The notes beneath the pieces are model-generated. The model did not search any database. It was not told the DNA's origin and saw only the letters and a list, made by a program, of their open reading frames with translations. From Candidatus Kryptoniota bacterium (lineage in GTDB: Bacteria; Bacteroidota; Ignavibacteria; Kryptoniales; JAKASW01), in contig JAHECO010000017.1 of the NCBI GenBank assembly GCA_024641705.1, positions 16,168 to 80,167 of the forward strand: a stretch of DNA of 64,000 nt, read 5' to 3'. The position numbers and the translations under genes were made by a program. The stretch's first letter is position 1, and each line of letters starts with the position of its first letter. Positions 21,830-30,312 of the stretch are shown in pieces.

Positions 21830-22192
21830 TTATCTCTGCTTGAGCAGCTTTATTAGCTCGTCCAGTTCCTCTTGGGTGTGCTGTTTCCCGCTTATAGTGC
21901 GGAAGAAAACGGGGAGTTTCGAGACAATTTCCTCGTCTTCGTAAACGCTTTCGGGAATCCTGCCCTGGGCCACGGAAGCAAGGTTGAAAAACTCCAACCA
22001 GTCATCGGAGCCTTTCTTGAGGCCGACGATCTTAGCCACACGCTCCAAAACGTCCCTCTTGGAAGGCGGAGCGAGTTTTCCACGCTCGATCTTGCTCCAA
22101 TTGCTCGCGTCCATCTGCGCCAGCTTGCAAAACTCCCTGAGGCCAAGTCCCTTCTTCAGACGCTTTGCTTTGACAAACTCTCCAAACGTCAT
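21830..22192 (-). CDS. XRE-family HTH repressor
   Basis: MTFGEFVKAKR...LREFCKLAQMDASNWSKIERG; homologous to 30966..31331. Confidence 0.88.
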   Translation of the reverse strand: MTFGEFVKAKRLKKGLGLREFCKLAQMDASNWSKIERGKLAPPSKRDVLERVAKIVGLKKGSDDWLEFFNLASVAQGRIPESVYEDEEIVSKLPVFFRTISGKQHTQEELDELIKLLKQR

Positions 22193-22247
22193 TGGCTTGT
22201 CTCCTGTCTTATGTTTAACCGTATATGTCTCTGTGGTATTTCTTTTA

Positions 22248-22278
22248 CCGTTTGTGGTAATAAATATACCACAAACGG
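22248..22278. promoter_or_regulatory. Palindromic operator upstream of XRE
   Basis: CCGTTTGTGGTA-N7-TACCACAAACGG perfect inverted repeat; degenerate second copy at 22233-22251. Confidence 0.7.
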
Positions 22279-22400
22279 CATTGGCTTCAAGTGACAAATT
22301 GCACACAAGTGAATGATGGGGATCGCAAGGCCGGCAGAGGCATCAAGGCTTAAGAGCACTAATTGAGGCGCACTAAATATGGAGGTGCAGAAGAAGTAGA

Positions 22401-22523
22401 TTAAAGGGCCGCTGGTGGCGCCCTTATCCTGATTGTGCCAAGCAGCTTTTCGCCTTGCTTGGATCGAAAGTAAACGCGAAACCCCTCGTGGTTACGCTGC
22501 GGGATGATTTGATTCTGTTGCAT
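22401..22523 (-). pseudogene. Truncated homologue of gene 28216..28647
   Basis: MQQNQIIPQRNHEGFRVYFRSKQGEKLLGTI vs ...LQPNHDGLRLFLHSKEGQRLLGII. Confidence 0.75.
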
Positions 22524-22546
22524 TGTCCTTTCTCCGTGTTAAATGC

Positions 22547-22602
22547 AGAGGGCAGCGGGACAATGCAAAGCCGAACGTGGGGACGGAGACCGCTGCTTCT
22601 CT
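22547..22602 (-). ncRNA. Candidate antisense leader hairpin (relic copy)
   Basis: Stem GCAGCGG/CCGCTGC; loop boxes complementary to RBS region (ACGGAGA) and start region (GGACAATGCAA) of the downstream ORF. Confidence 0.55.
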
Positions 22603-22743
22603 CAAAATCTTGGACTTAGTGGAAATATTTTTGTCCGGCTTTATCATTGCCGTAGTAAACTAACATGGGGGGTGTTCGAGTGACGAGCCGTTCACCGGAT
22701 CGGTGAGGAGCTGTTCACCAAATGGTTGGCTGTGACTTAAGAC

Positions 22744-23289
22744 TTAGGTAAGGCTGAAATCGAGCAAAACAAGCTCGACCGTCGCTCTCGAAAGGTCTTC
22801 GGGGTTTTTGTGGAACCCATTATTGGTCAACCACTTCTTGAAACGGTTGGATGCTTGCTTTGCTTTGAGACCAGGGAATCTGCCCTCTCTTGCAATCCTC
22901 TCTCCTGCCTGCGAATACGATAGTTCTGGATTTTCCGAAAGCACCCCACAGAATTCCAAGTATAGACCAATTGGAATATTAGCGGTTCTTGTATTCTTTG
23001 CAATCGGTTGCAATATCCTTTTTGCCTGTTCAACAAGGTGAAGCTTATCGCGCATCTTTAGGTCGACCATTGAGTCAAGAAGGTAGAGTTTGCGGCCTAT
23101 CGGGGCCAACAGGAGATGAGAAAAGAGGTTGAAACCTTTACCGTCTGTCATTTCTGACAACCGGTCAAATAAACCGCTCATGACACTTTTGTCCTGAATA
23201 CTGGAGTAGCAGTCGTACAGATACATTAGCTTCTGGTCATCGCGCCATGAAAGTTGATATTGCGAAAGAAAGCCCTCTAACTCGCCCAT
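22744..23289 (-). CDS. Hypothetical protein, possibly N-terminally damaged
   Basis: Frame stays open about 33 codons upstream of the ATG to a TAA; possible C-terminal HTH. Confidence 0.55.
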   Translation of the reverse strand: MGELEGFLSQYQLSWRDDQKLMYLYDCYSSIQDKSVMSGLFDRLSEMTDGKGFNLFSHLLLAPIGRKLYLLDSMVDLKMRDKLHLVEQAKRILQPIAKNTRTANIPIGLYLEFCGVLSENPELSYSQAGERIAREGRFPGLKAKQASNRFKKWLTNNGFHKNPEDLSRATVELVLLDFSLT

Positions 23290-23445
23290 CGCAGTTTCAT
23301 AGATTTTTGCTATCCACTCGTTCTGGGAATCCTTGAACAGCTCTAAGATTCGTGCCGCAGTTAATTTGCAAGTTGTCTGTACTAAAGCTTAGAATTCTTT
23401 TCAGTTATCCACGGAGCCTCCGGGAACGCGCACACGACACATGAA

Positions 23446-24042
23446 TCACAGGCTCCGGTAATAAGCTATCGTTTCCCGGATAGCATCAATCACATCCCTG
23501 TCTATGGTGTAGGTCGTGGTGCCAAGTTCAACAGTACACTCGTGACTCGCGGCGCAAATCGTACTGAGGGAATCAATTTCAATCCTGGAGAGTGAAACTG
23601 TTGCGTGTTCGAATCGCATCCCGAAGTCACCTATCGTATCTACTTTGGTCCAGCGAGACAAATCCCAAAATAGCGTTCCACCGCTGTCACTAATAAGGGC
23701 ACTCTTGAAATGTATCCAATCTGCCCCGACGTAAGAGAATTCCAATGAGAAATCATTCGTCGATTGTTGGCGGGTAATAAACGCCGCGAGGGGCAGAGCA
23801 CTGTATCGCCTCCGAATGAGGTAACCGCTTTCAATAAATGCACCACCCTTAACGACATTGTAGGACACATATAATCCAGTGTGGTCTATTGGTTTGAAGT
23901 CTCCCCGGATAGGAATTAAGTAATTCGCGCAAGATGCGGCGGCAAACGTTGCACAAGCAAACAGCAAAAGCCTCAGCAACTTCACGATGGTTCCCCTTTT
24001 CTTCTGCTGCTTAATCGTACTCCATAGTCTTCTAAAATACAA
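23446..24042 (-). CDS. Hypothetical lipoprotein (cargo); start uncertain
   Basis: LLLFACATFAAASC lipobox. Confidence 0.6.
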   Translation of the reverse strand: MYFRRLWSTIKQQKKRGTIVKLLRLLLFACATFAAASCANYLIPIRGDFKPIDHTGLYVSYNVVKGGAFIESGYLIRRRYSALPLAAFITRQQSTNDFSLEFSYVGADWIHFKSALISDSGGTLFWDLSRWTKVDTIGDFGMRFEHATVSLSRIEIDSLSTICAASHECTVELGTTTYTIDRDVIDAIRETIAYYRSL

Positions 24043-24063
24043 ATAGCTGACAATACGGCTGTG

Positions 24064-24220
24064 TCAATGCCCCTCCAGCATCTTCACAGCCTTTGCCAAA
24101 TTCTCGCGCCGGACATGGCTGCAAACCACTGTTGTCTTTGATCCGCTGTAACTCTCAGCGAACCTATGGAGGGAAATGAATTGGGGCGTTTAGGGATTAC
24201 TCAGCTTGTTTTTGAATCCG
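24064..24220 (-). pseudogene. Internally deleted integrase relic
   Basis: Reads FKNKLSNP*TPQFISLHRFAESYS fused to KTTVVCSHVRRENLAKAVKMLEGH, matching N- and C-terminal pieces of integrase 31366..32454; catalytic Tyr changed to Cys. Confidence 0.85.
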
Positions 24221-24328
24221 GGATGGTACAACAGATTGTAGAGTAAACTCTACAGTCCAAGATGAAAAGGGATTGAAGGAAGGCCTTGGAAATCCGAAAT
24301 TCGCAATTCGAATTCCGAAATCTTATGA

Positions 24329-24378
24329 GTGGAGCTGAGGGGAATCGAACCCCTGACCTCGTGAATGCCATTCACGCG
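24329..24378 (-). repeat. att site: duplicated 3' part of tRNA-Ala
   Basis: 50-bp direct repeat of 32569..32618 with one mismatch (24343 A vs 32583 G). Confidence 0.95.
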
Positions 24379-24420
24379 ATATAACGCAATTCCGTTTTGT
24401 CTTGAGCCTGTTTTGGGGTT

Positions 24421-24442
24421 TTGTACAGTGGATTGTACAGTG
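24421..24442. promoter_or_regulatory. Putative integrase arm-type sites
   Basis: TTGTACAGTG twice at 12-bp period; matching TGTACA pair at 32501/32513. Confidence 0.6.
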
Positions 24443-24786
24443 ACTAACTCAATCCGGGGGGATAAAAGAGAAAAGCCGCTGAAGCGAAACTCCGGCTCTG
24501 CGTTGCCAAAGGCTCCAACAGCTTTCTCAGAGTAAACTTGTCTCGACGCAGATTCGAGTTTCATGGTACACTAAAGTTAATTCATGCCTCCCTGCGAAGT
24601 CAATAGCCTAAACATTGCAAATTCAGCGTCATGGTACAATGAAGCTTTAGGGGGGATTCTTCTACCTTCTACTTGTGTTATCTCGTCTAATGCGAAGATA
24701 GACGGCAAAGAATTGATTCTGAAGGCATGACCTCGACAAGAATTCCTTTTTTCCAAGAAGTCGATTGGTCAACGCAGCAAGCATGC

Positions 24787-24990
24787 TTATTCCGGCTTTA
24801 CTCTCATATCGCGCTTACGGTCAGAAAGCTCTGATTTGGACCGAGGTATGCAAACAAAGACCTTCAAACCCTTTTTCTCTGCCTCTTCAATAGAAGAAGC
24901 AACCGGGAACGGTTCCGGCTCTTTGTTGATTAGCCGAATTGCCTTTTCGAGTTTATCGATGCGGTTCTCGATGCTTTTGCTCACAGTCAT
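24787..24990 (-). CDS. Small hypothetical protein
   Basis: SIENRIDKLEKAI coiled-coil start; last gene of the element operon. Confidence 0.6.
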   Translation of the reverse strand: MTVSKSIENRIDKLEKAIRLINKEPEPFPVASSIEEAEKKGLKVFVCIPRSKSELSDRKRDMRVKPE

Positions 24991-25076
24991 TCCCTTGCTT
25001 TCTTTAAGAATTCTTTTTGCCGGAGAGTCCGCAGCCCGACCCCATGGCGGGATATGGAGTTCCTTGACGATGACTC

Positions 25077-25277
25077 CTAATGTGTCTTTCTCCCGGCATC
25101 TCCTTCTTCGCTAGAGTGCGAGATAAGTTCCTGTTTGCCTTTTCGGTAAACATATTCCAAACGTTCCATTTCGCCTTTGCCGATATGACTTATCTGGAGA
25201 ATTATCCTAATCGGCTTTCCCGGTGTAGGGGAAAGGGTCTCTTCGATTTTCTTGATTCGTGATTCCACCCTGTTCAT
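25077..25277 (-). CDS. Small hypothetical protein
   Basis: ATGA-coupled to the upstream ORF; VESRIKKIEETL. Confidence 0.65.
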   Translation of the reverse strand: MNRVESRIKKIEETLSPTPGKPIRIILQISHIGKGEMERLEYVYRKGKQELISHSSEEGDAGRKTH

Positions 25278-25585
25278 TCCGGTTCACTGTTGACTTTGGT
25301 CTCTAATTCGTCCAATCGTTCCTCGATGTCGGAACCCTGAGCAATCGTGACATAAGTGCTTAACAAATAGCTCAACGTCTTTGCATCGTTCCCGCTGACT
25401 TCGCCCCTGATGAAGGAACGAATAAGTCTCGAACATAGCCGTTTAACGTCCTTCAAATTGCTCAATCTACCGGGCTTTAAACCTATCGTTTCTGCAAGTT
25501 CCGCCCGTGTAAGTTTTTGAGTATTGATAACCTCAAGGCTACTCCCCGGAGGGTCTGCGGCGTGTTTATGTGGTTCCTTGCTCAT
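25274..25585 (-). CDS. Hypothetical protein
   Basis: GGAG RBS; ends SDIEERLDELE. Confidence 0.7.
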   Translation of the reverse strand: MSKEPHKHAADPPGSSLEVINTQKLTRAELAETIGLKPGRLSNLKDVKRLCSRLIRSFIRGEVSGNDAKTLSYLLSTYVTIAQGSDIEERLDELETKVNSEPE

Positions 25586-25601
25586 TGGTTATTCTCCGAG
25601 A

Positions 25602-27065
25602 TTAAAATGGCAAGTTATCTTTTTCGACCTCGACCGCGCCGAAGTCCTCAAGCGTGCATGCGGCTTGATTGTGATTCTCTGGCTTGCTTTGTTTTTGGTC
25701 GGCCTGACATAGGGCCGGACCGTCTCCGAAGTATGCCCCGCGATCACCATGGAAGGGCAGCTCAACCAAAATGCCGCTCTCACCGTCACCTTGCTTAGCA
25801 ATCTGAAGCATTGCTTTCCGTTCCTCGACTGGTCCGAAGGTGGAATCCGGCATCGGATTACTAAGCAGAAGGACTGTCCTGGCATCATACGATAACATGC
25901 CGGAATCCCTCATGTGCCCGAGTCCGGGCTGTGTAAAGTTTTCAGCCTCTTTGTTCAAAGGAGAGACGGTCAGAACGACTATTTCAAATTTAATGGCAAG
26001 CTGCGTGAGCTTCCATGAGAAATGAGCGACTTCGCGCTCCCGGTTTTGGAATCTCTCTTTGGGATCCGATGCGAGTTTCCCTATGTGATCCACCACAACG
26101 AATTTGACTCCACGGTCCCGGACAAGTTTCTCGATTCTCAAACAAAGCTCGTTCACGGTCAAATCCGGTGTGCAGTCAAGAAAAAGCCTTCCCTGTCTCC
26201 GGCGATAATCCTGCACCGCGTTAGTATAACGCTTCGCGTCTTCTTTGGAATCGAAAAACGAATTAGGATTGCTCGCTTTGTGGATCGGCACTCTGCCAAG
26301 CTGAGCAATCGCCCGCGTCACCATTCGTGGCTTTGACATTTCGAGGCTGAAGTATCCCGTTGGAACGATTCGAGAAATACTCAGGAGTATTTGCAGGGCA
26401 AAGCTGCTCTTTCCGGTTCCGGTGTTTCCTGCAAGGACGACTGAATCCCCGAATTGGAATCCACCACCGAGTCTTGAATCAAGCTCAGCGAATCCGGTTC
26501 CAAGGAGACCAACTTCACCACGGTTGAAGCGTTCAACGTGCTCAAGATACACCTTCAGGCTTTCTTCGGTGTCCGTCACCGCCTTGGATTGCTTGCGGAA
26601 GGAGAGGAGCTTGTCAAGTTGTTCTCTCTGTGAATCTGCTAACGCAAACGGGTCACCCCCGCCATTGTAACACTGCTGAATGTTGTCCGTGTTGCTTTCA
26701 ATGATACTTCTGAGCATAAATTTTTCGGCTACTATTTGGCAGTGTGCTTCAATATTGACAGTAGAAACGACAGAGTTCACAACCTCATTTAGGTATGCCG
26801 AACCCCCGACGTTTTCAAGTTTGCCCCGCTTCCTCAGCGCCTCTCGCACTGTGATAACGTCAACGGCTGTGCCTGCGTTCTGAAGTTCAAGCATTGCTTG
26901 GAAAGCTGTCCCGTTAGCTGTAGAGTAGAAAGATTCAGGCTGCAAGAGTTCTCGCGCCACGGTTAAAGCATCTGTGGGGCTTAGAAGAATGGCTCCGAGC
27001 ACCGCTCTTTCAGCCTCGATGTCTTGCGGTGGAATGTGTCCACCTTGTTCAAATTCTGCGCTCAT
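25602..27065 (-). CDS. DnaB-like replicative helicase (element-borne)
   Basis: PPQDIEAERAVLGAIL, Walker A GNTGTGKS, FSLEMS, RDSGMLSYDA; ATGA overlap with rep stop. Confidence 0.93.
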   Translation of the reverse strand: MSAEFEQGGHIPPQDIEAERAVLGAILLSPTDALTVARELLQPESFYSTANGTAFQAMLELQNAGTAVDVITVREALRKRGKLENVGGSAYLNEVVNSVVSTVNIEAHCQIVAEKFMLRSIIESNTDNIQQCYNGGGDPFALADSQREQLDKLLSFRKQSKAVTDTEESLKVYLEHVERFNRGEVGLLGTGFAELDSRLGGGFQFGDSVVLAGNTGTGKSSFALQILLSISRIVPTGYFSLEMSKPRMVTRAIAQLGRVPIHKASNPNSFFDSKEDAKRYTNAVQDYRRRQGRLFLDCTPDLTVNELCLRIEKLVRDRGVKFVVVDHIGKLASDPKERFQNREREVAHFSWKLTQLAIKFEIVVLTVSPLNKEAENFTQPGLGHMRDSGMLSYDARTVLLLSNPMPDSTFGPVEERKAMLQIAKQGDGESGILVELPFHGDRGAYFGDGPALCQADQKQSKPENHNQAACTLEDFGAVEVEKDNLPF

Positions 27066-27948
27066 GCCTGCACTCCCTTCCTTGTCAATCCTAACCTTTG
27101 GCATTCTGCCAGGGGGTTCTTGTAGCCCCGGTAATGCACCAACTCGGTCCCCGGAATCCATTTGAAGGCATCCTTTGAGTCGAAGCATCTTCTCACAAGC
27201 TCCACGGCTAATAGTTGCGGAACATCTTGCTCGATCAATTCCTTCGGTTCTTCTTTGCCCGGAAGATAGTCCTTGAATCGCTCAGCCCTGCCAAAGAAGT
27301 TTTGCGGCTGAATCCTGTATTGTCTGTCTTGACTCATGCCGTTTTGTGAGTAGCGGTCAATGCAAGCGATAAGTTGTTCCTTCGTGAATCCAGAGTTCAA
27401 CCGCTTTTTGATGCTGTTCTTTGCATCTGTAGCAGCTCCCGGCCTAACCGTCTTCTTGTAGTGCTCATAGATTTCCTCCGAAACGGTAATATCTTTTCTG
27501 TATTCTATAGTCTCTATCTGTGTCACTTTGTTGTCACTTTGTTGTTCCTTTGCTGTCACTTCCGCTGTTATTTTTGTTGTCACCTTTGTTGTTACTTCGT
27601 TAATATCGCCTGTTCCATTTCCTTGATAGAGAGCCCAATTTTTCACGATTATCGTGGAATACTTGTTGTTACTTTTGGTGTCAATGTTGCCTGTCCTTTT
27701 CAGTGTCACGATTGCTTTCCAAAACGTACTCGGTTTTAATCCGCACTCGGCACTTCCGGTGAACCGCCCGGATACAAAGGAACCCGGCTGTGAAGCTCGA
27801 CCTCCTTTCCGTCAATCAGTGCCTTCGCCGGGAAATGGTTCGCCCGTAACAAGGCCCACGACCAAACGCGCCACAGCGTCTTGTTCTGCCAGACGGCACT
27901 GTCCAGGCTCTTAACATACAACTTGAGCCATGCTCGTTTATTGCTCAT
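27062..27948 (-). pseudogene. Phage replisome-organiser-like initiator with a 2-bp frameshift at ~27791-27792
   Basis: MSNKRAWLKLY...LLRANH...EL continues in another frame as QPGSFVSGRF...NNKYSTIIVKNWALYQ; removing one CA gives 294 aa. Confidence 0.75.
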
Positions 27949-28219
27949 TGTCGGCCCCCGGTTCATCGTTGAGTGATTCCAGTAACTCGGAGAGGTCGAT
28001 TCCTTCGGCTTCAAGCTGGATCGCATCGGAACAAAGGAAATAAGCTTCAGTCAGGCTGTCTAATCCGGTCGAAACACTGTCAAGCAGTTTTTTCTTGAGC
28101 CTGTTTTCCGGTGACTCGCTGACAGTTGCTTTGCTCAATTCCCGATACTCGCTTTCGATTGAGCGAATGAGATTCGACAGGGTGATTTGCAGGTCGGGTA
28201 GCTTTTCCTGGAGTGTCAT
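27938..28219 (-). CDS. Hypothetical protein
   Basis: Overlaps both neighbours (ATGA coupling with the upstream gene). Confidence 0.65.
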   Translation of the reverse strand: MTLQEKLPDLQITLSNLIRSIESEYRELSKATVSESPENRLKKKLLDSVSTGLDSLTEAYFLCSDAIQLEAEGIDLSELLESLNDEPGADNEQ

Positions 28220-28647
28220 GGCATGACCTCCGAGAAAAGGGAGGGCTGAACCACTTGAAGGGGCTGAACTGACCGGCCTTCGCCGCGAATGATTGTCAGA
28301 GGTAAAATGACCTGAGACTCACAAGCGTTCTGAAAGTGCATCCACCGTGTGCCCTGAATGAGCCAGGTGTCCCGTGCGATACGGTGATGCTCTTTCCGTC
28401 CGTCTGCATGTTGAATTGTTAGCTCAATCCATCGAAACGGAAAGTGTCTCTGGTCTCGAAGCAATTCGGAATTGACTCCATAGCCGCCGATAGCTCGGAA
28501 GAAATGCCTCCTTTCATCTCGGAAGACTCGGAGCGTATCCCGAACAATAATGCCAAGAAGCCTTTGACCTTCCTTGCTGTGGAGAAAAAGCCGTAAACCG
28601 TCGTGGTTAGGTTGAAGCGTAATTTCTGAGGGCGTTGTTGTCTGCAT
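28216..28647 (-). CDS. Hypothetical protein 'gene X', first gene of the replication operon
   Basis: GGGAG RBS then ATG CAG ACA; homologous fragment in the relic element. Confidence 0.75.
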   Translation of the reverse strand: MQTTTPSEITLQPNHDGLRLFLHSKEGQRLLGIIVRDTLRVFRDERRHFFRAIGGYGVNSELLRDQRHFPFRWIELTIQHADGRKEHHRIARDTWLIQGTRWMHFQNACESQVILPLTIIRGEGRSVQPLQVVQPSLFSEVMP

Positions 28648-28678
28648 GGTTTTTACTCCCAAGAAAAGATTGAGTTAG

Positions 28679-28734
28679 AAAAAAATAGACGGCAGGAGAG
28701 TTTATGCAGACTTCACCTTGGAAACCCGCCGTCT
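28679..28734 (-). ncRNA. Candidate antisense leader hairpin/attenuator
   Basis: Stem AGACGGCGGG/CCTGCCGTCT followed by U7; loop boxes TTCCAAG and GTCTGCAT complementary to CTTGGGA (RBS) and ATGCAGAC (start). Confidence 0.6.
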
Positions 28735-28845
28735 GAAAATTGTTTGTTGGATTATATGGTAAAGTCTTTATCACAAACTCTACCAGTAAGTTATGGCGAT
28801 TTTTAGACGTGACAGTCTTGGGAGATTTGTCACGCTTTCTTTTGT

Positions 28846-29583
28846 CTATCTGATTATGAGACCATCCCGATATTCGAGCATATTTTTTTCTGCCATCTTC
28901 TCAATTAGAGCCTTTATCTCTGTCCACGGTTTGCCGATTGCGTCAACAAGTTGCTGCTCGGTCTTAAAGTCCGTGTCCCCGGCACGCACTGCGTCCAGAA
29001 TCTGTTTTTCTTCTTCGGTTCTTGTTTCCTCTCGCTTGTCTCCAGTCTTGTCGATGTATCTTTGTTTCAGCTTTCTTAAAGTGACATCCGAAGCATCAAG
29101 GAATCTTTTGGCGTACGGGAGTAACTCCCTAAACGTGTTTCTTGATCGGCACAGTATTTCTTTTATATCATTGTCCATTCCTTTTGTCACCGGGAGTTTT
29201 CCAAAATATGGGTCGCTTAATTCCTCTGCCATGGCGTCCTCAGGTGCCTTATAAGGGTGGCTCTCCATAATGCGGTTAAATTGATTCTGAATATAGTCGG
29301 CACGTTCCGCCTTGGCCCTGATGCTCTCAAAATATTCATTCTCGCATTTCTCCATGCCTGACTTTAATCGCCATTGAAGAATTTCATTACCTTCTGGGAA
29401 TAACTTGGAGATTCCATCAAGAAGAGCTTCACGTTCGCGTCCAAAGGGTGTCATGGTGGGAGCATCGCCAAACTTCTGCCGATGTTGCTCAATCAATTTA
29501 GCAATCGTTTGAAGTGTGAAATCTATCCGAGCATTTATTTCCATCTCAGTAAGTCCGTTAGAATTATTCGCTTGTTCCATCAT
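28846..29583 (-). CDS. Hypothetical protein with possible C-terminal winged helix
   Basis: 245-aa ORF with GAGG RBS; EQQLVDAIGKPWTEIKALIEKMAEKNMLEY. Confidence 0.7.
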   Translation of the reverse strand: MMEQANNSNGLTEMEINARIDFTLQTIAKLIEQHRQKFGDAPTMTPFGREREALLDGISKLFPEGNEILQWRLKSGMEKCENEYFESIRAKAERADYIQNQFNRIMESHPYKAPEDAMAEELSDPYFGKLPVTKGMDNDIKEILCRSRNTFRELLPYAKRFLDASDVTLRKLKQRYIDKTGDKREETRTEEEKQILDAVRAGDTDFKTEQQLVDAIGKPWTEIKALIEKMAEKNMLEYRDGLIIR

Positions 29584-29676
29584 TCACCCTCAATTGTAAA
29601 TGTTCCATGGTGTTTATCGGTAGGCTCATTCTAAAAGGCTTCAGCCCTGGACCGAGGAATGCCAAATTTAAAACTT

Positions 29677-30111
29677 CTACTTGAAGAGTGGTCTATATGG
29701 TGAAAGCACCCGGTCGGCTTGTGCGACGATAGATTCTGCCGCAGAGTTAACCGCATCTTCAGGAAAGTTGCCGAGAATAGAATTTAGGTAACTTTTAGTC
29801 ACAGAGTTGAGAGAATCTTCATTAGGCCATACGTCGATGAAGATTGCGCAGTATATGCTACCCAGACTTTGGCCTGTATTGGCCGTTAGCGGACGCGTTC
29901 CGATATGCATCTCAATATAGCTTCCACCTTCGGGAGCAACATCGAGAAGTCGCATTGAGTGTGATGCGCGAATTTCCTCTTTCACCTCATAAACAAGATT
30001 GCCTCCGAGCATATCGTTTTCAGTATTAGCCACTACTAGGACAGGTATCTTTGTCTGTGCGAACGCGTGAGAAGATAGGAAAAGCATTACGATTGTAAAT
30101 AGCCGCCTCAT
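29677..30111 (-). CDS. Secreted hypothetical protein (cargo)
   Basis: GGAGG RBS; signal peptide MRRLFTIVMLFLSSHAFA. Confidence 0.7.
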   Translation of the reverse strand: MRRLFTIVMLFLSSHAFAQTKIPVLVVANTENDMLGGNLVYEVKEEIRASHSMRLLDVAPEGGSYIEMHIGTRPLTANTGQSLGSIYCAIFIDVWPNEDSLNSVTKSYLNSILGNFPEDAVNSAAESIVAQADRVLSPYRPLFK

Positions 30112-30312
30112 GTCCGCAGCCTCCTTCTCTGCTACCAATTAGGGCCATGCTGCATCGTGCAGCCGAATGTCTTCAAGTTGAATATTCTCCCAAGTAAAAA
30201 CCCCTACTGTTTGCGAACCGTGCTGTCGGTCTCCCGTGTGAACGGGAACGGTAGGGGTGAAAGAAAACTCTCCGCATTACTCGCAAGTTCTTACCTTTCT
30301 TCTATTTCATTT

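Larger units (their letters stand above)
21381..24328 (-). mobile_element. Decayed sibling integrative element (relic)
   Basis: Deleted integrase, truncated gene-X homologue, XRE-ImmA homologues of the adjacent element; distal boundary approximate. Confidence 0.75.

Noticed and set aside
21330-22400. Third att copy bounding the relic element
   Set aside because: No convincing tRNA-Ala 3' match found; TGGAGGTG at about 22380 is too short
24329-24378. Second tRNA-Ala gene
   Set aside because: Lacks the 5' acceptor strand and most of the D-arm; it is the att duplication
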